64,000 nt of DNA, from contig NC_058368.1 in the NCBI RefSeq assembly GCF_018350175.1, positions 232,502,001 to 232,566,000 of the forward strand, given 5' to 3'. Under the pieces are notes generated by a model. It did not search any database and had not been told where the DNA came from. It worked only from the letters and a program-made list of their open reading frames with translations. Shown in pieces: positions 12,671-25,198 of this stretch (the stretch's first letter is position 1; every line of letters begins with the position of its first letter). The position numbers and the translations under genes were made by a program. The DNA is from Felis catus (taxonomy: Eukaryota).

Positions 12671-13310
12671 AAATCAACCTAAATGGATATCTGTGGGTTA
12701 AGATATAAAGAGACGTGGTATGTACATACAATGAAATATTATTCAGCCCTTAAAAAAAGGAGCGCCTGCCATATATGACAACAAGGGTGACCCTGGACGG
12801 CATTATGCTAAGTGAAGTAAACCAGTCACAGACCAATCCTGCATGATTGCACCTGTATGAGGTACCTGGGACATCCAAGTTCATAGAAACAAAGAATGAA
12901 ATGGTGGTTGCCAGGGGCTGAGGGGAAGCTGAATGGGGGATTCTACTCATGGGAGCAAAGTTTCTAGCGTGTAAGATAAATAAAGTGTAAAGATCTGATG
13001 TACAATGTTGTGTACATTAACACAAAGATCTGATGTACAATGTTGTGTACAATAACAAACAAGATTTTGTTAAAAGAGTAGATCTCCTGTTAACTGTTCT
13101 TACCACAAAAAATAAATCAGAAAGCAAAATGAAAACAAACACAAAGGAACAGGAGGAAAATTTTGGAGGTGATGGATATGTTTACTGCCTGGTTATGGTT
13201 CATTTTGGAGGTGCATATGTATGTTGGGTTAACTGGGTTGTATACCTTAAATATGTGCAGTTTCTTGTATATCAATCATACCCCAGCAAAGTTAATTATG
13301 AAAAAATGAC
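12671..13310 (+). mobile_element. LINE-1 3' end (old L1MA/L1MB-like), non-inverted part of the same insertion
   Basis: aaatcaacctaa...atacaatgaaatattattcagcc...gcattatgctaagtgaagtaaaccagtcaca...tatatcaatcatacccc typical of L1 3' ends. Confidence 0.85.
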
Positions 13311-13878
13311 CTCTCAGAACATAAAATACAAAAACACAAGGTTGACCTCTAAAATGATTTAGGGTTTAACATCACCTAATTTAAGTTCAAAATTCCATGG
13401 AGCATGTTAAATATGAATACTTACAATAAAGGGTCCCACTTTAACAAATTAAATGTAATTCTATTGTTTGGAGGCCCTTTGGTCCAAATCAGTTTTAACC
13501 ATACGGTCAAAATGTTACCTGAACAAATTCTAATATTAAATAGCTTGTGGCATTTTCTAAGTGATTATTTCATATTATTTTCTCAAATATTTTTGTACAC
13601 CAAGAGAAATGGACAAGCCACAGCACATTACTGGTAATGCTGGCAGATCACTAGATTAGTGAGTGGTATTACTTCTGTTATTTCAACCAATTGTTGAATA
13701 TATTAAACAAATTGTCATAGTGACTTAGTTAATGCTGTCTTATGTCAGGAACCAGGAACTGCTAGGTCACCAACTGAAGGCATTGTAAAGTGGAAGTCAA
13801 ATGGAGGCTGATAATTTGAAGAAATCCATTTGATATTAGCTGATAATTAGAGTCAATCTCTCTCTCCCTCTCTATCTT

Positions 13879-13882
<4 letters not shown>

Positions 13883-13917
<35 letters not shown>
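13883..13917. repeat. (CA)n microsatellite
   Basis: Direct observation. Confidence 0.97.
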
Positions 13918-13918
<1 letters not shown>

Positions 13919-14125
13919 GAATCTCGTCATTTGGGTTTGGAAGATAGTCCCAAGGCTTGTCTATCAGTGGGCACAGGGCGAGCTGTCCCGAGTGGCCCAG
14001 CAGAGGGTACGCACATACCATGACACTAGACCTCTAAATGGGGGCGTGCCCAAAGTTATGTCCCCTGTCCATTTCTGCCATGGCACCCAGATCAGCTGGA
14101 GAAAACTCTTACTGTTTTGACACCG

Positions 14126-14347
14126 TTTATTTTTGTTTTTTTTTAATGTTTATTTATTTTTGAGACAGAGAGAGACAGAGCATGAATGGGGGAGGGTCAG
14201 AGAGAGAGGGAGACACAGAATCTGAAACAGGATCCAGGCTCTGAGCAGTCAGCACAGAGCCCGATGCAGGGCTCGAACTCACGGACTGCGAGATTATGAC
14301 CTGAGCCGAAGTCGGACGCTTAACTGACTGAGCCACCCAGGCGCCCC
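14126..14347 (-). mobile_element. CAN-SINE
   Basis: Full body; TSD tgttttgacac. Confidence 0.95.
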
Positions 14348-14519
14348 TGTTTTGACACTGTTAATGAAGGAACAGTTCACAGGTCTGCAGTCTGGAAATG
14401 GCTGTCAATCATTGTCATATACTCCCAGAACTCTAATTCAAAATCAAGGTCACACACTGCTATATTCAAAGGAGTGAACTGAAACATACCAGTTTTGCAA
14501 CTAGTAGGAAACAATAACA

Positions 14520-14620
14520 AAAAAAGAAGAAGAAGAAGAAGAAGACGACAACGAAGAAGAAAGAAAAGAAAAGAAAAGAAAAGAAAAGAAAAGAAAAGAA
14601 AAGAAAAAGAAAAAAGAAAA
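14520..14620. repeat. Compound (GAA)n/(GAAAA)n purine microsatellite
   Basis: Direct observation. Confidence 0.95.
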
Positions 14621-14958
14621 CTAACTGAAATCACTCCAGCATCCATTGTTTTTGGAAGACATGTCCACAAATATAAATTTACGATTTCCTATTTCTATGA
14701 AGTTTTATTTTCATTTCTCTTTTCCTGCCTAGCTCCCTAATCCGCTGATTTGCTTTTTTTTTTTTTTTTTTTTCATTTGGAGACTCACTTCTTTCTACGT
14801 GAACAATTAGCAACTTCACAGAATGTAGTGAATTAAACCTTAATGTCTACTGTAGGGTTTTCACTCTCTGGTGCCTTGTGACAGAGTCTCTTCTGAAGTC
14901 ATTCAGGCAGCCAGCCCATTAATCTCCCTTCTGCCTTCTGTGTCAAGACCCTCATCTC

Positions 14959-15184
14959 GGGGCGCCTGGGTGGCTCAGTCGGTTAAGTGTCCGACTTCAG
15001 CTCAGGTCATGATCTCACAGTCCGTAAGTTCGAGCCCCGCGTCGGGCTCTGGGCTGATGATGGCCCAAAGCCTGGAGCCTGCTTCTGATTCTGTGTCTCC
15101 CTCTCTCTCTGACCCTCCCCCGTTCATGCTCTGCCTCTCTCTGTCTCAAAAATAAATAAATGTTAAAAAAAAATTTAAAAAAAA
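14959..15184 (+). mobile_element. CAN-SINE
   Basis: Full body; TSD aagaccctcatctc. Confidence 0.95.
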
Positions 15185-16039
15185 AGACCCTCATCTCATC
15201 TTCAAACAGCAGGTGCAAGAATAGCCACTGATGAGAGAGCGTTTCCCCTCAACGTCTGGGGCTCCTCCTCATTATCCAAGGATACTGCCTGATTCAGAGC
15301 ATGAGTTCTTCTTCCTGTTTTCTGTACAGATAAACTACCTGGGACTACAGCTCTCGTCCTCCATAAACCATGTGCCACCACAGTAACATTCCCAAATGGT
15401 ACTAGGTGTTTTCTCTGATGTTCTGCATCTGCAACTCGTGGCTACATATCCTACAGCCTCACTCAATATTCCCATTTGATAGCGTGGCCTTTTCAGCAAC
15501 ATTATTTCCTAACTGCTTCTCGGAGTTTGGCACTGGAGCCTGAAACATGCATACCCACGCAGACCTACGCCGACATCATGCATGGGCAGTCCCAGGTGTT
15601 AGGGGCCTCAAACTGGGTTATGGCCTCTTCCGGGTACAGATCCCCATTACCCCACTTCTCGACGGGTCCTCCAGTAGAAACTCCTGGAAAAATGGAGGGT
15701 ATAGCAACAGGTTGAAAGCACATAGAACATTATTTCAGAGAGCAATACTCAACAACATAGGGAAGACACCAATGAAAGGTCAAGACAAACGCATGCTATT
15801 TCGATATTAAAATGCACTATTGAGTGGGTATGTTGACTTTAGAAGAGCAGCTCTCCATAGAAACACTGACTCAGACTCAGAAAATGCCCTGGGTCTGCCT
15901 TGGCTTTATGGTTTTGGTGATACAAGTTGTGCAGCTGCATCATCTACACTGCTGTCCTCTCCTGGGGAGCAGGCAACCCTGGCCTCACATGTCTCCCTCC
16001 TGCCCCTGCCCCCTGCTTGCTCTCCTCTGGGGTATTCAC

Positions 16040-16170
16040 ACTCTCTCAGGGCAAGTTACCAACCCTCCCTGGGTCTCCTCCCTCATCTGTAAAACAATAC
16101 CAACCTAGAGGGGGGTTTGTGAGAATTTAATAAGGAAGTATATTGAAAATATGCATGGCCGGTGGGTAAT
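16040..16170 (+). mobile_element. MIR SINE remnant
   Basis: gggcaagttaccaaccctccctgggtctcctccctcatctgtaaaac...gtgagaatttaat resembles the MIR core. Confidence 0.65.
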
Positions 16171-16569
16171 CACAAAGCTGGTGACGGAGCATTTATTTTG
16201 TTTTCTTTGCTTTTTCCCCTCATCTTCTTCTTCTCTGTCTCACTCTTTAAAACTTATCTTCACTCCTTCAAGCTCCCCATTGGCCCCTGTCCACTTTCAT
16301 CCTGGCCGGAATCATTCTCTCCCTCCCTGCGTCTCTTTTTATAATGAGACACTACGAGCCATTTGAAATTTGCATGCGGCTGAGTTATTTGAGGCTAAAT
16401 TTGAATTTCTTGACCCCAGATCTTAAGATCATTATCCCAACTGCTGGAGTAGAAACCAGGAAGCTGTATGTTTAACAAGCTTCTCTCGAGATGCTGATAT
16501 AATTGGTCAGCTATTTGCATTTTGAGGGGGAAAACAGAGCTAACATCTGCCATATTAAATATTAAACAA

Positions 16570-17036
16570 AAAGGTTTCCCAACTTTGGACACACAATCGA
16601 AATCACCGGGGGGTGTTTAAAAATCCTGCTGTCCAGCAGCACAGCAGAGCAAATAAATTAGAAACTCTCAGTGAGGGGGGTGCCTGGGTGGCGCAGTCGG
16701 TTAAGCGTCCGACTTCAGCCAGGTCACGATCTCGCGGTCCGGGAGTTCGAGCCCCGCGTCGGGCTCTGGGCTGATGGCTCAGAGCCTGGAGCCTGTTTCC
16801 GACTCTGTGTCTCCCTCTCTCTCTGCCCCTCGCCCGTTCATGCTCTGTCTCTCTCTGTCCCAAAAATAAATAAACGTTGAAAAAAATTAAAAAAAAAAAA
16901 AGAAACTCTCAGTGAGGGATCCAGGTATAGGTGGTATTGGAGGGAAAGCCAACATACAGCAAGATTCTCAACTGTTTGTAAGAATTTAATAGACGTAGGT
17001 GACTTTCACACAGATTAGAGTTTGGGAACCACTGAT
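16570..17036. mobile_element. MER5-like hAT DNA transposon remnant split by a young SINE
   Basis: ggtttcccaactttgg...gaaatcaccgggg and terminal tttgggaaccactg resemble MER5A termini. Confidence 0.6.
16677..16900 (+). mobile_element. Young felid-type SINEC
   Basis: Young head; TSD agaaactctcagtgagg at ~16660 and 16901. Confidence 0.95.
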
Positions 17037-17129
17037 TTAAAGAGACAGATCATATAACACCTCCAATAAATTATAAGGGGATTTAACATACTCAATTATG
17101 AAATAAACTGTTGATTTTTTTTTATAACA

Positions 17130-18024
17130 AACTTTTTATTTTAAGATAGTTTTGGACTAACCAAAAGGGGCAAGGATCGTATCGAGGGTTTCTGTATATC
17201 CCAACCTCTTTTTGCCTATTGCCAACACCTTCTATTAATCCATCACCACTGATGAACCAGCATTAATAGATTCTTCTTCACTGAAGTGATTTCATACAGA
17301 TTTTACAATTGGTTAAAATTTTCCTTATTTTGCATCCAATGTCTTTTTCTCTCCCAAGGCCCTATCTACGATCCCATATTTAGCTGTCATGACTCTTTAG
17401 GCTTTTTTCTTGGTCTGTGACAGTCTCTCAGGCTTTCTTCGTTTTTTGATGACCTTGATAGTTTTAAGGAGTACTGGTCAGGTAATTTGCACAGTAAGCC
17501 TCAGTGTGGGTTTGTCTGATATTTTCCTCATGGTTATAGAGGAGTTATGAATTATTAGAACAAAGACCACAGAGGTGAAGTACCGTCTTAATCCCATCAT
17601 ATCAAGGGTATATAATATCAAAATTACTTATGGCTGTTTGGCCTAATTCAACTGATAGAGTTTGTCAGATTCTCTACTGTGAAGTAACTGTTGCACCGCC
17701 TCTTTGTAGACTGTACTCTTTGGAAGGAAGTCACTATGTGAAACCCACACCTAAGGAGTCAGGAGTTATGTGCCATCTCAAATAGGGCAGACGATCAACA
17801 TAATAGGCAGAGGATCAACAAATGTTTCTACATGGGAGACTTGTCTCTTTTCTCTCATTTAGTTATTTACTCAATCATTTATTTACCTTAAAGCATACTT
17901 GTGGATATTTATTTTATACTTTGGGTTATGTTCCATTACTTTCTTCTTTTGTTACTCAAATTATTCCAGCTTTGGCCATTAGGAGCTCTTTTCATTGGTT
18001 CCTATGTTACTTTGGCAGTGAGTT

Positions 18025-18066
<42 letters not shown>

Positions 18067-18095
18067 CACTTTTGAGTACCTTCTTACTTTCTAGA
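17130..18095 (-). mobile_element. Old LINE-1 3'UTR (L1MC/L1MD-like)
   Basis: gagtactggtcaggtaattt...gggtttgtctgatattttcctcatggtta...aagaccacagaggtgaag resembles reverse L1MC 3'UTR. Confidence 0.7.
18026..18064. repeat. (GTT)n microsatellite
   Basis: Direct observation. Confidence 0.97.
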
Positions 18096-18509
18096 AATAC
18101 ATGGTACTCTCAGCCCTCTTCTGATAGGCTAGATCTAACTTCCTTCCTTCCTATAATTTTAGTTTGCTCATGTGGCTTCCCGGAACAGAACTGGTATACC
18201 ATTGAGAGATCCCTCAACAGGCAAATATGCTTGACATCAGGAAATGTCAGTGGAGAGAAGAAGGAGGAGGAAGAGGAGGGGGATGGGGAGGAGAAGAAAA
18301 ACTAACGAGCAAATGTAATAACTCAAGGAGCATCATCATATGGCATGCTTCAGCATGGGACCAACAGCCCCTGAGACTGTTTTTGCATTGTGGAACCATT
18401 CAATATTTGACATGTGTCTTGACATCCTTGAGCTTTCAAAGGCTAGAGTGTTTGACCAATTCTACTAAGAATGCATTCATACCTGCAATCATTTACATGA
18501 AAAAGGAGG

Positions 18510-18720
18510 GGGAGTACCTGGGTGGCTCAGTTGGTTGAGTCTCCAATTCTTGACATTGGCTCAGGTCATGATCTCATGGTTTGTAAGATCGAGCCTTGAA
18601 TAGGGCTCTGGACTGACAGCATGGAGCCTGCTTGGGATTCTTTCTCTCCTTCTCTTTCTGCCTCTCCCCAAGTCATGCTCTCTCTCTCCCTCTCTCAAAA
18701 TAAATAAATAAGCTTTAGAA
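18510..18720 (+). mobile_element. CAN-SINE
   Basis: cctgggtggctcagttggttgag head, CT tract, aaaataaataaa tail. Confidence 0.92.
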
Positions 18721-18824
18721 AACTATTAAAAACTTTTGAAAGGTACAATTAGAAATCTTAAGTGTAAAAGTAATTTTGTTTTTGAGAAAAATAATATTCC
18801 TTATGTTAACAGCCTATTGAATCC

Positions 18825-19870
18825 AAAGCCTACAGATATCCAACAGACACATGAAAAGATGTTCAAGATCGCCAGCCACCAGAGAAATGCAAATTAAAAC
18901 CACAATGAGATATCGCTTACACCTGTCAGAATGGCTAAAATCAAAAAGATAAGAAATAACATGGATGCAGAGAAGGAAGGTTGGCAAGGATGCAGAGAAA
19001 AAGGAACCCTCCTGCACTCTTAATGGGAATGCAAACTAGTACATCCACTGTGGAAAACAGTGCAGAGGTTCCTCAAAAAACTAAAAGTAGAATTATATAT
19101 GATCCAGTAATTCTACTACTGGGTATTTATTCAAAGAAAATGGAGACACGAATTCAAAAAGATGTGCCCCTGTATATTTATTGAAGAATTATTTGCAATA
19201 GCCAGGATATGGGAGCAACCCAAGTGTTTACAGATAGATGAATGGATAAAGAATATGTGATAGATACAATGGAATATTACTCAGTCATAAAAAAGAACGA
19301 AATCTTGCCATTTGCAACAACATGAATGGATTCAGAGGGCATAATGTTAAGTGAAATAAGCCAGAGAAAGGCAAATACCATATGATTTCATTCCTATGTG
19401 GGATTTAAGAAACAAAACAAATGAACAAACAATGGAAAAAAGAGACAAAAACAGACTCTTAAATTCAGTCTATAAACTGGTAGTTGTCAGAGGGAAGGTA
19501 GGTGGAGGGAATCAGCGAAATAAGTGGTGGAGATTAACAATACTCATCTTTTTTTTTCAAATTTGTTTATTTATTTTGACGGGGGAGAGGGGCAGAGAGA
19601 GAGAGAGGGAGAGAAAGAATCCCAAGCAGGCTCTGCACTGTCAGCACGGAGCCTGATGTGGGCTCAGACTCACAAACGGTGAGATCACGAACACCTGACC
19701 CCAAATCAAGAGCCAGACACTGAACTGACTGAGCCATCCAGATGCCCAAACAGTACGCTTATCTTGAGCACCGAGAAATGTATAGAATTGGTGAATCATT
19801 ATATTGTACATCGGATACAAATACAACGCCGTATGGCAATTATACTTGAATAAAAACAAAACAAAAATCA
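18825..19870 (+). mobile_element. LINE-1 3' fragment (ORF2 end plus 3'UTR) interrupted by a SINE
   Basis: caacagacacatgaaaagatgttc...gaaatgcaaattaaaaccacaatgagata...aaatcttgccatttgcaacaacatg; A-rich end at ~19850-19870. Confidence 0.93.
19548..19747 (-). mobile_element. CAN-SINE nested in L1 3'UTR
   Basis: T tail, GA tract, ends tgactgagccatccagatgccc. Confidence 0.92.
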
Positions 19871-20202
19871 ATCAGTAGAAGCATAAACTTCATAGCCAAA
19901 ACAAAGACATCAATAGAAGTAGAAAACAAATAGCTTGTTGAATGTGAATGCCAGAGTTAAAAATTCCTACCAGATAATATGAAAATGCCTGAAGGCTGAG
20001 CCATTTTACACATAATCGTCACTGGGTACAAGTAAAACACAAGTTCCAATGTGTACTTACATCTTAAGACACACTTTTTCAAATTAACCATTAACTGATG
20101 GTGATATCAGATATGAGACCCCAGCATGCTCAAGCCAAGCTCAATGTTCTTGAAGACTGAATAGTGTTCACCATTCTCAAGGTCTCTCTGTATGAGTTAA
20201 AC

Positions 20203-20368
20203 ATCTCACAGTTCATGAGTTCAAGCCCTGCGTTGGGCTCTGTGCTGAGAGGTCAGAGCCTGAAGCCTGCTTCAGATTCTGTGTCTCCCCCTCTCTCTCT
20301 GCTCCTCCCCTGCTCACACTCTGTCTCCCTCTCAAAAATAAATAAAGATTAAAAAAAATTAAAAAAAC
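20203..20368 (+). mobile_element. 5'-truncated CAN-SINE
   Basis: atctcacagttcatgagttcaagccc...ctcaaaaataaataaa; head missing. Confidence 0.9.
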
Positions 20369-20648
20369 ATGCTACATAAAGCAAAGTCCTAGGATGATGA
20401 GAGAAATGTAGATGGGAACTGGATGTGATGCATTGTAAATATATCAGTTGCAGCCTATAATATGTATTCTGTAATTTACAAAAAAATTATGTGCTTATGC
20501 AAATGTCACATACCCTTATTTGTAAAATGTTAAATATCAAACTCATACACATAGGTTTATAAACTCACTATACTTCATTCTGTGCATATTATACAAGACT
20601 TTTATACTGTAAGCGCAAGGATTCTTAGGTTGATGATGTGATTAATGT

Positions 20649-20771
20649 GGGGAACCAGGGAGGCTCAGTCGGTGGGGTGCCAGACTCTTGATTTGGGCTC
20701 GGGTCATGATCCCAGGGTTGTGGAATTGAGCCCTGTGTTGGGCTCTGCACCGAGCATGGAACCCGCTTAGG

Positions 20772-20816
<45 letters not shown>

Positions 20817-20900
20817 CTCTCTCTCTCTCTCTCTCTGTATCTCTCTTTCTATCTCTCCCTCTGCCCCTCCCCCATTCATGTCCCCCCCCCAAATAATAAC
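20649..20900 (+). mobile_element. CAN-SINE with expanded (CT)n
   Basis: ggctcagtcggt head, long (CT)n. Confidence 0.9.
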
Positions 20901-21549
20901 ATGATTCGTGCATAATAGTCAAGAAATAGTATGATAAATAAACATTTTTATATTAATAAAGACAATAATTGCTTTTGACTCTTCTTCCTGAATAAATTGA
21001 CTCACTTTCTTTGATCTATGTTTTAACCTTGGGGGAAGTTAAAAAGTTGTGCTTTATCTTTTGGGGATCTTGTTGCCTGAAGACAGTGTAGGGTGACTAC
21101 TTTTGGTTCTAACCTTGGGGTAGATTGGTGTTCACCGTTCTGCAGAGAGATAAGGGACTGCCAAATCTGACTAGGCTCATAGACAGGGCATCATTCTTTT
21201 CTGTACCCTATTGCCCAACTTGCTCTTTTCTCTGTCCTCTCAGAGAACCTTCTGTCTTTTGTCCTCTGGAGTGGATGTATTCCCTTATTCCTAACCTGGG
21301 AATGCTTCATGCCCAAGAGCAGTGCTATGGTTAAGAGCACTGGTCAGAGAAGCATTTGGAAGGTCAGAATAAGTAGAGAAAGAGGACAGAGACAGGGGTG
21401 GAGACACATAGTCACAGAGAGGGAAGAAGACAGAGGAGAGGCCTTAGGTTTACATGACATATATTCTTAATCATGAAGCAAAGAAGTCCACGCACTAGTG
21501 AATAATAAAGCACAGATTTCCCAGTGAAAAACACCAATAGACCTCTCGT

Positions 21550-21765
21550 GGGGTGCCTGGGTGGCTCAGTCGGTTGGGAATCTGACTTAGGCTCAGGTCA
21601 TGATCTCACAGCTTGTAAGTTCGAGCCCCGCGTCAGGCTCTGTGCTGACAGCTCAGAGCCTGAAGCCTGCTTCGGATTCTGTGTCTCCCTCTCTCTCTCT
21701 CTCTCCCCTCCTCTGCTCATGCTCTTTCTCTGTCCCAAACATAAATAAACATTAAAGAAAATTTT
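21550..21765 (+). mobile_element. CAN-SINE
   Basis: ggggtgcctgggtggctcagtcggtt head and A-rich tail. Confidence 0.93.
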
Positions 21766-22522
21766 AAACAAAACTGGACAGCTCGAGGCACACAAAATAG
21801 GAGCTACACCTTTAATAACAATCATTACAACTAGAAGTCAATGACAATACTCATTAAGGAAATAAATTGTTTCTATGATTAGCATCACAAGTGAATTATC
21901 CTTTGCAAAGCTGTTACCCAGGAACAGAAATAAGATTTGCAAATTTTTAGTATTTCTATTCATGTGGGCCTTCCTCCCTGATCACTCTCACTCTGAGTAA
22001 CCAAAGGACAAAACATCTGTAAGTTAGGAATATAATTTGAGTCTTGTGCCCAAGAGGAAGGTGATTAAAAGAAACGTGTCCTTCGAAAGTAGGGCCCATG
22101 AGTCTGCGTATTAGATTAAATACACTGTGAACTGGGGGATAATGCGGCTGTTGAGCAGAAGAGACCAGGGAGACTATAACACCACTTACCTTCCTGGTAG
22201 TTTCCCAACATGGCAGACTCGGCCAAGGGGCCCAAGATGAACTGTGTAGAGATGGCATTTGCAATTTCAATGGAACATAAGCAGTTATAAGAAAAATTAA
22301 AGATGAATGAAATATTTGATGGCGAAATAGAAAATAGTACCTACGAAATGATTACATACACCCATATATACGCAAGAATAACATCCTCTAGGGTTCCTGT
22401 ACGCTTGTACATGTATGTGCACATCTAGAATTGCGCTGTGTTATCAGGTAGAAAACACATCATGATTGCATGATACTTCTATGGTGGACAACTGAGGTAG
22501 GCATTGCTTCCTTATCTTTTAT

Positions 22523-22564
22523 TCCATCCATCCATCCATCCATCCATCCATCCATTCATTCATT
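22523..22564. repeat. (CCAT)n/(TCAT)n microsatellite
   Basis: Direct observation. Confidence 0.93.
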
Positions 22565-23197
22565 CTTAACTTCAGACACATAGATGACAGTACCATCCAA
22601 ATATGAACTAGGAAACATGGCTGATTATCTAAGGTTAAAATTGAAATGAGAAATGGGACATCCTTCCCATCAAGGATGATTACTCCTCTTTGATTTGATT
22701 GTGTGGATGAAGATGGTCTATGCTATTTGGCTTTACGATATAATGATAATCATTGCAAAGCTAAAAGTGAGCTGGGTGGAAATTATAATACATTCAATCA
22801 GAGCAAAAGCATATCACAGCATTAGTTCTGACTTTGAGAAGGCACTCTAACAATACGCTATGGACAACAAAGCGTTTTTCAGAGTAGGCAGATTGAGCCA
22901 AATCTTCCATGCAAATGGACGCAAATGGACGAGGGTGATTGGCACCTTACCCATGGTAATGTTTATTTTTTGGTCAGTTAAATGTCAAAGTACAAACATC
23001 CCACACACCTGGAAAGTCGAATTGTTTCTTCCATTCATGAAAAGTGACTTTGGAATCCAATCTCTTATAATGAAATTAAAGTGAGAGTTTAAGTGAAGAC
23101 AAGGCTTTTAAAAAATTCAGACAATTATGGGGCGCACTGTTGTAAAACTAATTTCACCCCCTATTTAGGGTCTCACATTAAAAATATAACCCAAATA

Positions 23198-23362
23198 GGG
23201 GCCCCTGGGTGGCTCAGTCTGTTGAGTGTCCGACTTCGGCTCAGGTCATGATCTCGTGGTCTGTGAGTTCGAGCCCCGTGTTGGACTCTGTGCTGACAGC
23301 TGGAGCCTGCTTGGGACTCTGTGTCTCCCCCTCTGTCTGTGCACCTCCCTCCCTCTCTCTCA

Positions 23363-23406
<44 letters not shown>

Positions 23407-23445
23407 GAAATAAATAAACACTAAAAAAAATGATAATAATAAAAT
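23198..23445 (+). mobile_element. CAN-SINE
   Basis: Head, (CT)n, tail. Confidence 0.93.
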
Positions 23446-23527
23446 TACCCAAGTGGATTTTGGCTGTGAAATGACAGAAGATATAACAACAAAAACTCAT
23501 TATTTTTTGTTAAATTAAAAAAAATAA

Positions 23528-23708
23528 TGTTTTTAATTTATTTTTGAGAGAGAGAAACGGAGTGTGAGCAGGAGGGGGAGGTGCAGAGAGAGGGAGACAC
23601 AGAATCCGAAGCAGGCACAGAGCCTGACACGGGGCTCAAACCCACAAACCATGAGATCATGACCTGAGCTGAAGTCTGAGGCTGAACCGACCGAGCTACC
23701 CAGGGGCC
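23528..23708 (-). mobile_element. CAN-SINE
   Basis: Reverse body; tail-to-tail with the previous SINE. Confidence 0.92.
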
Positions 23709-24332
23709 ACACAACAAAAACTCATTCCTAAGAGTGTCAAATTAGTATTAACCAAGATAACTTTTCCTATGTCTGAAATGGATCATATTAACTGGTAAAA
23801 AAAAAAAAATAAGTCTAGGTGCTGCACAAGACAACTCTCTGTGATCCTTGTCTGTGAGTATATACCTCTTTGACAAATTTCTAAGAATAACTTCAAGTTA
23901 ATGTGAACAACGTTTATGCAGCTCTTCCCAGTTTTCCTCCTAATTTTTCTCGATATTATCAGGGTGCTCAGATCTCAATTGCAGATGTGATATCTTAAAC
24001 ACCCTTAAATGCACACTATTAGGGTAAAATAAAATGAGGGGTACAAGAGCTTTTTGTTTTTGGTTTTGGGGGTTTGTTTGCTTTTTTGTCTTTTGGCTAA
24101 CTTAATGTAGTCTTCATGTTTTCTGGAATCTACACCCGGTGACCAGAGCCTAAGGTTGGAATGAACTTAAATTTCTGTCTTCACTCTAAGCATGTACTTA
24201 TGACCCAGATCCTCATCCTCTGTAACCTAAGTTTATTTGTGGGATGGGTGTAACAGAAGAGGGTCCACAGCATAGGTTAAGGAAGCCAGTTTGTGACAAA
24301 CTGAAAGTGTTCAATAAATAAATGGTGTTGTT

Positions 24333-24451
24333 GGGGCTCCTGAGGGGCTCAGTCAGTTAAGCATCCAACTTGGGCTCGAGTCATGATCTCACGGTTCATG
24401 AGTTCAAGCCCCGCATCAGGCTCTGTGCTGACAGCTTGGAGTCTGTTTGGG

Positions 24452-24491
<40 letters not shown>

Positions 24492-24556
24492 CCCTCCTCC
24501 TCTCCCCCGCACTTGTGCTCTCTCGCTGTCTCTCAAAATAAATAAATAAACTTAAG
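24333..24556 (+). mobile_element. CAN-SINE
   Basis: TSD aaatggtgttgtt. Confidence 0.94.
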
Positions 24557-24987
24557 AAATGGTGTTGTTACTCTGAGGCAGTCAGTTTATTCCCATGTTT
24601 TAATTATTTGGGGGAAGTCAGAGAAGTTTAAGCATTCCTGGAAAGGAGGGCTGCATTTATCGTAGTATCTGTTATCCCAGAGTTGGGTGCATCCTGTTCA
24701 ATCAATTTGTGTAAGCACAGAAATATAAATGCTAAACTAAAATATTGCGAGTTGGAGGGCACAGAAACTGAGACATAGTGTACAGAAGAGAGGAGGCAAA
24801 GAGGCAAACTACTTTCCATAAATATTTGACAGGGTGATAGGAGATTATGAGGAAGGGTGGATCCAGTCAGAGGAATGTACTATACTGACTTATCTAGACA
24901 CATACCAGTGTCGTTACTATTCTAGTAACTTGGAAACATGTGTTGGGACAGGGATGTTTATTGAGCGATAACTGAATGCTCTTTTAC

Positions 24988-25198
24988 TTTTTTTTTTTAA
25001 TATTTATTTATTTTGGAGAGACAGACAGAGTGTGAGTGGGGGAGGGGCAGAGAGAGAGGGAGACACAGAATCGGAAACAGGCTCCAGGCTCCGAGCTGTC
25101 AGCACACAGCCCGGCACGCGACTCAAACCCAGGAACCATGGGACCATGGACCTGAGTCAAAGTCAGACGCTTAAACGACTGGGCCACCCAGGTGCCCC
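24988..25198 (-). mobile_element. CAN-SINE
   Basis: TSD taactgaa(t/c)gc(t/c)ctttta. Confidence 0.94.

Noticed and set aside
14377..14740. Arg/Lys-rich (protamine-like) and Phe/Leu-rich ORFs
   Set aside because: Translations of the (GAA)n/(GAAAA)n microsatellite.
17822..18305. Poly-Cys and poly-Val ORFs
   Set aside because: Translations of (GTT)n within an old L1 3'UTR.
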